From an uncultured bacterium (GTDB taxonomy: Bacteria > Omnitrophota > Omnitrophia > Omnitrophales > Aquincolibacteriaceae): a DNA stretch of 64,000 bases. The notes below the pieces were generated by a model that made no database searches, was not told the origin of the DNA, and saw only the letters and a program-made list of their open reading frames with translations. Location of the stretch: the NCBI GenBank assembly GCA_964482725.1, contig CAYZYT010000001.1:86318-150317 (forward strand), read 5' to 3'. The translations under genes and the position numbers were made by a program. The stretch's first letter is position 1. Every line of letters starts with the position of its first letter. Shown here piece by piece: positions 36,175-45,472 of this stretch.

Positions 36175-36837
36175 TCAGGATTTTCGCTTATGCGCTTTGG
36201 CTTTTTTGGGAACCGGTGTAGTTTTTGCGGGGGCTTCCGATCCTCCCCAGAATCCCCGCTTCTGCTCTTTGGCTTCGTCCTGTAACGTTGAAAAAAGCTC
36301 CTGGAACTTCACGTTGGGCGGAAGGATCTTCCTTTGAGCGTAGCCGGACTTGATCAGCGTGGCATTCAGGAACACCCGGAACTGTCTTTCCTCAGTCCCC
36401 GGACTGAGTTCCACAGACCACTCGTCGGGTATTTTCATATCGAGATGGGGATCCAGATAAAAATAAGCATACACCCATCGCCGGCCAGACTTTTCCTTCT
36501 CCTTCTCCTGCTCATCATATTCTAAAACGATCTTTTCGTTCTTGACCAACTTGCGAAGAAATTTTGCAGCATTCTTCCCGGCCGCAATGAGCGTCGGGCC
36601 GTCCTTGCCGGTGCTCTTGACATCATCGCGAAGCTTGGCGTTTTTGGAAGAAGCAGGCACATCGATCCCGATCAGACGGACTTTCTCGCCGCTGGCGAGT
36701 TGAAGTGTTTCGCCATCAATAACGCTGATCACGATCACAGGATCGGAAGCTTGGCAGGAGTTGAACGGAAGGAGGATCGAAAGAGCTAAGACCCCTCCCA
36801 GCAAAAAGGCTGCCTTGGCCCTCATCGGTAAATCCAC
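36175..36837 (-). CDS. Thermonuclease (SNase)-like exported protein with degenerate active site
   Basis: VIDGETL, VRLIGIDVP, GR, N..LI..GYA, A...KRGFW. Confidence 0.85.
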   Translation of the reverse strand: MDLPMRAKAAFLLGGVLALSILLPFNSCQASDPVIVISVIDGETLQLASGEKVRLIGIDVPASSKNAKLRDDVKSTGKDGPTLIAAGKNAAKFLRKLVKNEKIVLEYDEQEKEKEKSGRRWVYAYFYLDPHLDMKIPDEWSVELSPGTEERQFRVFLNATLIKSGYAQRKILPPNVKFQELFSTLQDEAKEQKRGFWGGSEAPAKTTPVPKKAKAHKRKS

Positions 36838-36898
36838 GCGTTGGTTCGCATTTTATCCCCGGGTGCTTTCGCCCCTCGGAAACCCGGGGGCTTGCGTC

Positions 36899-37063
36899 TT
36901 ATTTTTTGCAATCTTTCAGGAGAGTAATCACCGCATCCATTTGAGCGGATATTTTTTGAAGTATCTCCAACTGTTCTTTCGACATTCTTTCCTGCTTTTC
37001 CTGCATCTGCTTGGCTTCACCCGCTATTTTCGCCATATCCCCCAACTTGCTAAGATCGAACAT
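36899..37063 (-). CDS. 54-aa coiled-coil protein
   Basis: My translation MFDLSKLGDMAKIAGEAKQMQEKQERMSKEQLEILQKISAQMDAVITLLKDCKK; strong GGGGAGG RBS; hairpin at ~36857-36890 after it. Confidence 0.7.
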   Translation of the reverse strand: MFDLSKLGDMAKIAGEAKQMQEKQERMSKEQLEILQKISAQMDAVITLLKDCKK

Positions 37064-37105
37064 TGTTCCTCCCCTGAAAGGTGAACGGTGTCATGCGCTT
37101 CGTTG

Positions 37106-37987
37106 TTATGATTTCGGAAAAAGGAACTGTACCGTGTACCGGACCGTCCAATCCGCTTGATACCTCGGCCGTTCCAAATTATACAAACCCTGAACGCTCA
37201 TGTTGACCGGTGTCTTTCCAAAATGCAAAAGTTTGCCAAGGCCGCCCCCGACGGGGAGCGTCCATTTTTCTCCGTTTTTGGCCTCCCAATTCGCAGTCAT
37301 GATCGGAGAGGTAAAAACGAACCAACCCTTCTGAAGGTTGTAATTGATGAAGGGCTGCAGAGTCATGTTGTTCACATCTTTGCGGTTCCGGTTTCCGGCG
37401 TAAGACCAGAGATTATTGACGAGCGCGCCCAGCAACCAGCGCCCCTTGGAATACACAACGACCCCGGTCGGCCCGATCGACCATTTTTCAAGACCCAGCG
37501 TACGATCGGTCGCCGTCGGGAATTGGAACACCGGCCCCACGCCCACCATGAGATTCCCGAAAGGGGGCGGCGTAAAGAAAAAAGAGCTTGTGAGATCGCC
37601 CAAGCCTCCCGTATTGCGTGGCCATGGTTGGGCGACCACCGGAAGAATGTTCCGTGTAATAAGCGTCCATTTTCGAGGCAGTGCGATGGGATAGACCGGT
37701 TGGATGTTGCAAACGTACTGCATCTTGCCGTGCGGGCCATATCCGAGATTGAAATTATTCTGGAACGGAACGCTCACCATGTTCGCGATCGGATTTTGCG
37801 CTGCCTTAATAAGGGCTTCATTCTTTTGCTCCGCCGTAAGCGCGCTGGGATCCACGCCACGGGCTTGAGCAAGCGCGCTCAGAGTTTCCACCGCGCGAGC
37901 CGGCCTGGGCGAAAGGATCAAGCTGCCGGAGATCGCGAGGACGCAAATAAAAGAACCTGCTTTTTTTATAAACATCTCCCCCCCCAT
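37106..37987 (-). CDS. Outer-membrane beta-barrel protein (family commonly annotated as 'neuromedin U')
   Basis: AQNPIA..SVPFQNN, GLGD, PTAT...LG..KW..GP; terminal F. Confidence 0.75.
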   Translation of the reverse strand: MGGEMFIKKAGSFICVLAISGSLILSPRPARAVETLSALAQARGVDPSALTAEQKNEALIKAAQNPIANMVSVPFQNNFNLGYGPHGKMQYVCNIQPVYPIALPRKWTLITRNILPVVAQPWPRNTGGLGDLTSSFFFTPPPFGNLMVGVGPVFQFPTATDRTLGLEKWSIGPTGVVVYSKGRWLLGALVNNLWSYAGNRNRKDVNNMTLQPFINYNLQKGWFVFTSPIMTANWEAKNGEKWTLPVGGGLGKLLHFGKTPVNMSVQGLYNLERPRYQADWTVRYTVQFLFPKS

Positions 37988-38068
37988 TTTATCGGATTAT
38001 GATGCTGAGCCCCGGCGAGGGCGAAGGATCTTCCATGCGTTGTTCCGCTCATCAGAAGGGTCCGTTCC

Positions 38069-39118
38069 CTAGAAAACGTAGATCAAATTCGCGGTCCCAA
38101 GAATGCCCTTGAAACGGTCCACACCGTAATATTCGTAGTAACACTTGGTCGTGAGGCTCAGTTTCTCTTTGAGGATCCATCCCGTGAACTGACCGCCGAT
38201 CGCGTGGATCTGATAAAAAACGTTCTTATTTCTCGCAGCGGTCCCCGTATCCGAGGAGATCTGCCACTGATCATAGCCGCACACACCGACTTCAACGCGA
38301 CTGTTCATATAATGGCTCAACGCGTACTCGATCGTCATGCTCTGACCCGGCTTCAAATCTTGGGAATATCTTTTACTGTTCAGATTGTACGTGGCGGTCG
38401 TGATCAGCGCTGTTTTGTGGTGGTCATCGAAATAGTAAGCGCCGAACGCCTGGAACTGCTGGGTCCAGAACCCCATGCCGACATTGGCAGCACGCTTCTC
38501 AAGGTACGATCCGGTCGGTGCAAAAAAACCGTAGTTGACACCCACATCATAGTGCTTGCCGCGCCAGTCGAGCATCAAGGGCTGCACCAACATGTCCCCC
38601 AAGCCGTAATCATCGCTCTTGAACTTAACTTCCTGATTGGCCGTCACCGTGTGAGTGGTCCCGCCGACCGTAATAGTCCCTGTTTCGCGCGCCTTGAGCT
38701 TCGCCTTGAGACTCACATACCCCAGGGATGGCATAAGGAGCATCGCATAATCCGCGCCCAAAAACTTCCATCCCGGGACCCAAAGCAGAAGGAGCTGCTC
38801 GGTGGTGAACATCATGGCCGTGCTGATATCCGCAGACAGATTCGCCGAAAGTGTTACGGGAATGGTCTGCCCCTGGACATTGATATATCTCGTCCCGGTT
38901 TCGGACTTTGAAAAGTGCGAGAGCTTTTCGCCGTGGGCGTCCTGGAGGCTGTTGCTCCCATAGATCGGATTGTAATAGATCGCGTAAAATCCTTTGGGAG
39001 GCATGATGATATCGCGCATGCCCAGAACGCCGGGATAATAATGACCCAGCGTTCCGGCATGGGCGTTTTGGAACGCAAAAAACATCATCAAAACAAAAAA
39101 CAGGCTCTTCCGCTTCAT
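38069..39118 (-). CDS. SphA / phenol MetA-pathway-type outer-membrane transporter
   Basis: GLGD, APTGSY....AN.G.GFW, GY...Q...D.G; terminal F. Confidence 0.8.
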   Translation of the reverse strand: MKRKSLFFVLMMFFAFQNAHAGTLGHYYPGVLGMRDIIMPPKGFYAIYYNPIYGSNSLQDAHGEKLSHFSKSETGTRYINVQGQTIPVTLSANLSADISTAMMFTTEQLLLLWVPGWKFLGADYAMLLMPSLGYVSLKAKLKARETGTITVGGTTHTVTANQEVKFKSDDYGLGDMLVQPLMLDWRGKHYDVGVNYGFFAPTGSYLEKRAANVGMGFWTQQFQAFGAYYFDDHHKTALITTATYNLNSKRYSQDLKPGQSMTIEYALSHYMNSRVEVGVCGYDQWQISSDTGTAARNKNVFYQIHAIGGQFTGWILKEKLSLTTKCYYEYYGVDRFKGILGTANLIYVF

Positions 39119-39150
39119 CGATCTCCGTTTCCCTTCAGCCCTAAAAAAAC

Positions 39151-39798
39151 CTATTGAACCATGGTGTCGTTACTGACGGGCGCGGGAGGCGGTGAAACAA
39201 CCTGATAATAAACGCCATTGGACCCAAAAAACGGCCGATACCAGGATGCCCCGCACTGATACGCCATCGTTCCATTCACATTTTCGGCCGAACACACACC
39301 GGGAAGCGTGGTCACTTGAGTCCCGAGCGGGGGGGACGCTGGCACGACTTGCTGGATCACCGTGGTCGGCTGCTCCACCACGACCGTGGAAGGCTGAGCC
39401 GCCGCAGCTCCGATCATCGTGCCCATCGCCATGCCGGCAAGGGCATCGTCCGCAGCTCCATAACCCCAACCGCCACCCCACCCGTTCACGTCGTAATTGT
39501 TGGTGGTATTGTTGTTATTATTATTGTTATTGTTTCTCCGGTGACCGTCCCCATGATCGCCGCCGCCATGATATTCGCCGCTTCCGTGTTCGCCCGGTCT
39601 ATCCCCACGACCTCCTCCGCCAAAATCTCCACCTCGTCCTTCGCCGCCAAATCCGCCGCGCCCGCCACCGCTCCACCCTCCGCCCCCGCGGCCGCCACCA
39701 AAACCACCGCCCCCGCCGCCTCGCGCATACACATCCCCGGAGCAAAGCAACACCACGATCGCTAAGATCACCATTGTAAAAAGTTTATTTTTTTTCAT
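39151..39798 (-). CDS. Exported Gly/Asn-rich protein with C-terminal DUF6515-like domain
   Basis: Start MKKNKLF at 39798; RGG-rich region, poly-Asn, LP..C...Y.CG..WY.P...YQVV.PP. Confidence 0.65.
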   Translation of the reverse strand: MKKNKLFTMVILAIVVLLCSGDVYARGGGGGGFGGGRGGGGWSGGGRGGFGGEGRGGDFGGGGRGDRPGEHGSGEYHGGGDHGDGHRRNNNNNNNNNTTNNYDVNGWGGGWGYGAADDALAGMAMGTMIGAAAAQPSTVVVEQPTTVIQQVVPASPPLGTQVTTLPGVCSAENVNGTMAYQCGASWYRPFFGSNGVYYQVVSPPPAPVSNDTMVQ

Positions 39799-39814
39799 GG
39801 CCAAGCTCCTCACG

Positions 39815-40639
39815 TTACTGTTGGTCTGCAGCGCCGGAAGAAACTCCCCGGCCTTGCTGCATCGGGTTGCGAAACTCGACCTTCGCCGCCTTGGACGTGT
39901 TCTGGTAGATAAACGTTTCCGGAGGAACCGGCGCATTGACCTTCCAGTCCAGGAATCCCACCGTATAGCTCGGCTCGCTAATATCGTCAAAGTAGTTCGC
40001 ATACACCAACCTCGGGAGATGGTCTTCAACTCCGATCCAGATCTGCCACTCCACGCCCTTATTGATAAACACCAGATGATCCGTTTTTACACCGCCGATC
40101 GTCGACTGTCCGACATAAACAGCTTTGACCAATCCTTCCGTCAGAACCTTGAACGGCTCCGCCACAAGAATATCGGCATACGGAAAGGACTTCCCTTCTT
40201 CCCGGTAGGCTGCCTCGATCACGTCATCGACCGTGCCCGGGGTTACCTTCTCAGCATAAAAATTCTTTGTCGGCGAGTAGGCCGTCACCGTTTTTCCGTC
40301 AAAATAAAAATCATACGGGAAAAAATCGCCACGGGTTTCCGCAAAGAGTTTCCCGGAACCTTCCTTGACGACCCGGGCTGTCCCGAAAAGGCTGACCCAG
40401 ATCCCGTTCGGTGACTTGATCGGAACCATACTGCGAGCTTCAAACTGGATCGACTTCGCTTGAGCAAGCGTGTCGCTCATAACTTTAAGCGCATCGAGAG
40501 CACGCGGGTCGAGAGACGCTCCGGCCGTCTGTGAAGACACAGCCTGCGGCGAAACGCCTTCCAGCGCCCAAGCATGCGTCATTCCGATCACCAGAACCGC
40601 CGCACATAACGTGGATATCAAAAGTTTTTTTCGCGCCAT
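39815..40639 (-). CDS. DUF2092-family periplasmic protein
   Basis: A...LK.MSD.L, YFDGKT, P.AD.L, H......V.WQIWI; start MARKK at 40639. Confidence 0.85.
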   Translation of the reverse strand: MARKKLLISTLCAAVLVIGMTHAWALEGVSPQAVSSQTAGASLDPRALDALKVMSDTLAQAKSIQFEARSMVPIKSPNGIWVSLFGTARVVKEGSGKLFAETRGDFFPYDFYFDGKTVTAYSPTKNFYAEKVTPGTVDDVIEAAYREEGKSFPYADILVAEPFKVLTEGLVKAVYVGQSTIGGVKTDHLVFINKGVEWQIWIGVEDHLPRLVYANYFDDISEPSYTVGFLDWKVNAPVPPETFIYQNTSKAAKVEFRNPMQQGRGVSSGAADQQ

Positions 40640-40736
40640 AAATCCTCCTTGATGAGTTAGAACCCCCAACCGTCCTTGGAACATGTTGCACTACCGAGCC
40701 CTCAAAATCGAGCTCTTTATCATACGATCCTGCGTG

Positions 40737-41237
40737 CTACCGGGTTTTTGAAAAAAAGATCGCTTTTGTTTTATCAACGCCAACCGCGCGGATCAATTCA
40801 GCGGCCGCGCAGTAAAAAAGCAACAGCACGGCAACCCATATTTCCCCGGACCAAAAAACTGGCCATACGATGTCAGCAGTCAAACGGTCAAATGAGGCGA
40901 CAAAGCCCCCGTGTTTGAGCATCTGGTGAAAAAGCTCCTCGATAAAAAGGAATAGGTACGTGAAAAGGCCGAACACCACGGTCTTGGACAGCACGTTCAG
41001 GATCAAGGGCTGCCGGGGATAAAAATTAAGGAACGGAAATTTGTCCGCAATGAAGATCGCTTTCGAGACGACCAGCGCTCCCAGGAGCGCCATGGCGTGG
41101 GCGTGGGAGGCGATCCCATACTCTTTGAGCGTAAGCGCCCGTGTGACAAAAAGGATATGGAACATGACAAGAAAGAAGATAAATGTCGGCAGGATCTCTA
41201 GAAATTCGCTTTTGATTCTGTTGAGAATATTTTTCAT
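40737..41237 (-). CDS. Hypothetical membrane protein
   Basis: Four hydrophobic segments; RBS; co-oriented with neighbours. Confidence 0.7.
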   Translation of the reverse strand: MKNILNRIKSEFLEILPTFIFFLVMFHILFVTRALTLKEYGIASHAHAMALLGALVVSKAIFIADKFPFLNFYPRQPLILNVLSKTVVFGLFTYLFLFIEELFHQMLKHGGFVASFDRLTADIVWPVFWSGEIWVAVLLLFYCAAAELIRAVGVDKTKAIFFSKTR

Positions 41238-41297
41238 GGTTCGCCTCGCCTCATGGTTCTCTCTACCGGTCCACAGAGATCACGGGAGCTCTTCTCG

Positions 41298-41981
41298 TCA
41301 ACCGCCGTGTTCCATTTTCCCTTTGTTTTCCCGAGCATACAAACTGACCAGCCTCGCGATAAAGATCGCCAGATACAATTGCCCCGTCATACCTTCCAGA
41401 CAGGCAAGTACCATCGCCCAATGGCTGACCGGGAACATATCTCCAAAACCGATCGTGGCGAGGGTCGAAAAGCTGAAGCAAAAAAAATAGGTCATGCTCG
41501 GCTTTGCTGAAAAATGGAACGCCCCGTTATCCAAACAGTAGATAATGTAATAGAGGAACGCCCATGCGAACCCGAGTAAGAAATAGATATTGATCCCTCC
41601 GGCAATCGTATCGATGGTGACCGTGGAGGATCGGAACAGATTGGAGCTCATAAAAAATATACAGAGCCCTAAGAAAACACAGTAGAGGGAGCACAACGCG
41701 ATGCTCAAAGGAACCGTATAGGAAGAACCCCAGGAAAAATTGAGCATCGTAAAGAGCGCGAAAAGTAGCGCGCCGATCCCGGCCGCGCCCCACAACCACT
41801 TCCGGCCGATCCCGAGCGTCCTCAGGATAAAAAGCAATGCGACGACAAAGATCGGGGTCATGACGGGGATCTTCGGATGGATCTCATTGATGTAAGGAGA
41901 GGCCAGGCAGATCAAAAGTATCACGGCCAAGAGATGCGCGTGTTTATTCACGACGAAAGCTTTGCCGGACGTCATCTTCAT
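41298..41981 (-). CDS. Potassium-channel family (Ion_trans_2) protein
   Basis: FSFSTLATIGFGD pore motif, E...GQLY.AI.IARLV. Confidence 0.88.
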   Translation of the reverse strand: MKMTSGKAFVVNKHAHLLAVILLICLASPYINEIHPKIPVMTPIFVVALLFILRTLGIGRKWLWGAAGIGALLFALFTMLNFSWGSSYTVPLSIALCSLYCVFLGLCIFFMSSNLFRSSTVTIDTIAGGINIYFLLGFAWAFLYYIIYCLDNGAFHFSAKPSMTYFFCFSFSTLATIGFGDMFPVSHWAMVLACLEGMTGQLYLAIFIARLVSLYARENKGKMEHGG

Positions 41982-41996
41982 GAAGAACTTCCTTGT

Positions 41997-43703
41997 TTAT
42001 TTGGCTTCGTAAACAACGTTGCCGCCCACGATGGTTTTCAGAGGTTTTACATTCTTAAGATCCTCTTTCGGCATTGTAAAGATATCGTCCGAAAGCACCG
42101 TCATATCGGCATATTTGCCCGGCTCGATCGAACCTTTCACGTCGGATTCGCCCATCGATTTTGCGGCCCAGATCGTCCACATCTTAAGAGCCTCAGTGAC
42201 AGAGATCGCCTCCGCGGGCTCAAAAAGTCCGTCATCCGAATCTCGAGTCACAGCCCCGTAGATCGCCAGGAATGGGTTCACATTATCAAGGTAGATCCCC
42301 GTCACATCCGAACCTGCCGCCGGTTCGAGGCCCGCATCGATCATGTCGCGGAACCTGAATCCAGTCTTGGTCCGTTCGGGCCCCATATTCTCATAATCGG
42401 CCTTCACCAGGTCCAAAAGCCACGTTGGCTGAACCGATACCTTAAATCCTTTATCAATCATGGCCTTCGCGCGAGCGAGCTGCTCATCCTTCATCTGGAA
42501 CATCCCGAAATGTTCGATACGCATGAGTGTCCCCGTGGCTCCCGATTTGATCTTGTTTTCATACGCGGTTAGCCCCATATCCATCGCTTCATCACCCGAA
42601 CAATGCATCATGCTCATCACGCCATTCTTATTCGCGATCGTGGCAAAACGATCTGCCACTGTCTGTGGGGTCACAAGAGTCCCTCGGCCTCCCGGAGGAT
42701 CGGTATCAAAATGCCCGACATACGGACCGTACATGTAACCCGTCCGGCAATCGTTTTCGCCGTCGATCCACACCTTGATCCCTCCGAGACGGTACCACGC
42801 AGGATCGGCGCTCGGGGGCATGCGGAATTTGTTAAGATCTTCGGGCATATCCTCGCCATTGGCGGAAGTCCACACCGAAGTGGTATAGCGGATCGTCGGC
42901 TGCACTTTCATCCCGGCAATCTTTTGCAGAACAGGAAGCGCAGCGGCGGGAGTGATCGCCAAAACCGAGGTGAACCCATGCGCGTTCCAGAACTCCTGGA
43001 GATCTTTCGTGTAATACTGTTCCAGCTGCGCCAGTGTCGGCGTCGTCGGCACATCCGCTTGGGCGTCCGTGAGAACGCCCGTCGGTTCACCGTGCTCATC
43101 CACGATCACCGAACCTCCGTGAGGGAGCTTGGTCACTCCCTTGACGATACCCAGTTTTTTTAAAGCCGCCGAATTCACGATCGCCATATGAGTGCCGTTG
43201 GCCACTACGGTGGGATTATGGGGAGAGACAAGATCGAGCTCGGTTTTTGTCGGGAGACGTTTTTCTTCAAATTTGTTTTCACTCGCTGAAACGCACGCCG
43301 CGAAGATCCATTCGCCCTTCGCCGTCTTTTTCACCCATGCGGCAATATGTTCCAGCGCCACTTTGACTGACGGGGTCTCCGGAAAGCGGCAGTCCACCCA
43401 GGTTTCTTTCATCATCATCGCTTCCATCGGATGACAATGCGCGTCAATCAGCCCCGGCACCACGGTCTTCCCGCCGAGATCGACCCTTTGGGTTGCAGGC
43501 CCTGCGAGTTTTTTAATTGCGTCGGAAGTTCCAACGCTCTCAAATTTTCCATCCTTGACCGCCACCGCTTCGGCCGTCGATCCTGCGGCATCCAGCGTTG
43601 CGATCTTTCCGTTAAAATAAATGACGTCCGGCTCCGCGGCATGGGCCGGCACCGGCATCAAGGCAAACGCCACGGTCATAAGCACCGCGATTATTTTTCC
43701 CAT
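41997..43703 (-). CDS. Exported amidohydrolase (YtcJ-like, Amidohydro_3)
   Basis: PGLIDAHCH, HCSGD, RIEH, GSD, GSIEPGKYAD; signal peptide from ATG 43703. Confidence 0.9.
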   Translation of the reverse strand: MGKIIAVLMTVAFALMPVPAHAAEPDVIYFNGKIATLDAAGSTAEAVAVKDGKFESVGTSDAIKKLAGPATQRVDLGGKTVVPGLIDAHCHPMEAMMMKETWVDCRFPETPSVKVALEHIAAWVKKTAKGEWIFAACVSASENKFEEKRLPTKTELDLVSPHNPTVVANGTHMAIVNSAALKKLGIVKGVTKLPHGGSVIVDEHGEPTGVLTDAQADVPTTPTLAQLEQYYTKDLQEFWNAHGFTSVLAITPAAALPVLQKIAGMKVQPTIRYTTSVWTSANGEDMPEDLNKFRMPPSADPAWYRLGGIKVWIDGENDCRTGYMYGPYVGHFDTDPPGGRGTLVTPQTVADRFATIANKNGVMSMMHCSGDEAMDMGLTAYENKIKSGATGTLMRIEHFGMFQMKDEQLARAKAMIDKGFKVSVQPTWLLDLVKADYENMGPERTKTGFRFRDMIDAGLEPAAGSDVTGIYLDNVNPFLAIYGAVTRDSDDGLFEPAEAISVTEALKMWTIWAAKSMGESDVKGSIEPGKYADMTVLSDDIFTMPKEDLKNVKPLKTIVGGNVVYEAK

Positions 43704-43760
43704 ACACACTCCTTGGTTTTCCCGCTTCGCGCGCGACCGCATGCTTCGATCATGGATTCC

Positions 43761-44609
43761 TCACGACTTCTCCGGAAAGTTTTCGGCATATTCTTTAGCG
43801 GGCTCGACCAACTCTCCGCCCTTGTAAACTCCCTCTCTCTTCAATTTTCCGCTTTCATAATACCACCGAACCGTTCCCTCCAGCTTTCCGTTCTTCAAGG
43901 CTCCCTCACTTTTCAACTTTCCATTCTCTTCGTACCACTTCACCGTCCCCTCCGGCTCTCCGTTCTTCAAAACTCCCTCGCTTTTCACCGTTCCACTTTC
44001 ATAATAATTTCTAAACGGCCCCTCGAGCTTTCCCTCTTTATAGAAGGTCCCGTTTTTCAACTTTCCGTTCTCGTAATAAATCTTAAACGGTCCTTCGATC
44101 TTCCCGTCCTTGTAAAAAGCTTCCTCGTGAAGGCGTCCGCTCTCGTCATACCGAAGAACCTTTCCGTCAAGCTCTCCGCTCTTTAAAGCTCCCTCACGTT
44201 GTAGCTTTCCGTTCTTGTAATAACTCTTAAACGGCCCCGCAGGCTCACCGTTCTGATAAAATTCTTCCTTCTTGAGTGATCCTTCTTCGTAATACCACTT
44301 CACCCACCCCTCAAGCTTTCCGTTCTTTAACTCTCCTTCACTGTCAAAAACCCCGTTTTTGTCATACCACTTAACCAACCCCTCAGGCTCTCCGTTCTTT
44401 AAAGCACCTTCACGCTGTAATTTTCCGTTTTCATAGTAGTTCCTAAACGGGCCTTCAAGCTTTTTGTTTTTGTAAAATGCCTCGAGTCTGAGCTTCCCGC
44501 TTTTGTAATATTCCCGGACGAGTTCCGCCCCGTATCCGGTCGAACTTAATGCGGTCATTGAAATCACGAAGATTCCGATGAGCCCGCTGATGAAGACTCC
44601 TGCTTTCAT
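43761..44609 (-). CDS. MORN-variant repeat protein (YwqK-like)
   Basis: Tandem ~24-aa YYENGKL..EG..KNG..EG repeats; signal peptide. Confidence 0.9.
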   Translation of the reverse strand: MKAGVFISGLIGIFVISMTALSSTGYGAELVREYYKSGKLRLEAFYKNKKLEGPFRNYYENGKLQREGALKNGEPEGLVKWYDKNGVFDSEGELKNGKLEGWVKWYYEEGSLKKEEFYQNGEPAGPFKSYYKNGKLQREGALKSGELDGKVLRYDESGRLHEEAFYKDGKIEGPFKIYYENGKLKNGTFYKEGKLEGPFRNYYESGTVKSEGVLKNGEPEGTVKWYEENGKLKSEGALKNGKLEGTVRWYYESGKLKREGVYKGGELVEPAKEYAENFPEKS

Positions 44610-44670
44610 AAGCTTCTCCTATTGTGTTCCGGATTGTTCCATAAAACCCGGCTTTGATCGTTTTGCTATT

Positions 44671-45429
44671 TTATTTTGAACCGCCCGGGATATCCCGCAA
44701 GGTCAATACGATGTTGACCACCTCATGGGCGGCATTTTCGAAGATCTCCAGACGCACCTCCGCGCACTGCATCGCGGATCGTTCGGAACCTTTCTTTTCG
44801 ATCTTGAATTTTTTGGGGGCGCCTGCGCAGTCATTCAGCTCATTCCAAGGAACAGAAACGGTATAATGGTCGAAAATAAAATCCAGAAAATTAACGTTTT
44901 CGAACCCCGTTCCGGGCATAAGATAGCGTTGGGCCGCCTGATTGAGATTGGTGATGACCCAATCGGGACGACACACGATCAAGGGCTGGCTCATCTCCGA
45001 GATCATATGCCACAGCTTTTCTTTTTCATCCAGAGAGTCCCGGTAAAAACTGACCTTCAAAAGCGAGCGAACCCTGGCAATGAGCTCGCTCTCGTCAAAA
45101 GGTTTTGAAATGAAATCGTCACATCCCGCCTTAAGACCGCGGGCTTTGTCTTCCGGGGCATGAAGGGCTGTCACCAGGACCACGGGGATCGAGCGCGTTC
45201 GTTCCGACGAACGCAACGTCTCCAGCACCTGGAGCCCCGACATGACCGGCATCATGATATCCAACAGGATAAGGTCCGGGATCCTCTGAGAGATCCGATT
45301 GAGCGCATCTTCCCCGGACCCTGAAAGTTCAAGATCGTATCCCAGAGGCAAAAGCAGGGCCTCCAGAAGTTCGAGATTTTTCTTGTCGTCATCCACACAA
45401 AGCACCGTCCGTTTTTTCTCATTTCCCAT
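44671..45429 (-). CDS. Response regulator (REC + PAS-like)
   Basis: VDDD, LLDIMMP, ISKPF; C-terminal PAS-like segment. Confidence 0.88.
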   Translation of the reverse strand: MGNEKKRTVLCVDDDKKNLELLEALLLPLGYDLELSGSGEDALNRISQRIPDLILLDIMMPVMSGLQVLETLRSSERTRSIPVVLVTALHAPEDKARGLKAGCDDFISKPFDESELIARVRSLLKVSFYRDSLDEKEKLWHMISEMSQPLIVCRPDWVITNLNQAAQRYLMPGTGFENVNFLDFIFDHYTVSVPWNELNDCAGAPKKFKIEKKGSERSAMQCAEVRLEIFENAAHEVVNIVLTLRDIPGGSK

Positions 45430-45472
45430 GGAATCCTCCCTAATGCATCGGTTTAAAATGAACGATCTATTT

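Noticed and set aside
39500-39720. Poly-Asn and Gly-rich low-complexity DNA as a phase-variable repeat
   Set aside because: Mixed codons in frame; an ordinary protein low-complexity region.
43761-44520. Periodic ~72-nt DNA repeats as a possible CRISPR array
   Set aside because: Degenerate in-frame MORN-type protein repeats; no identical repeats, spacers or cas genes.
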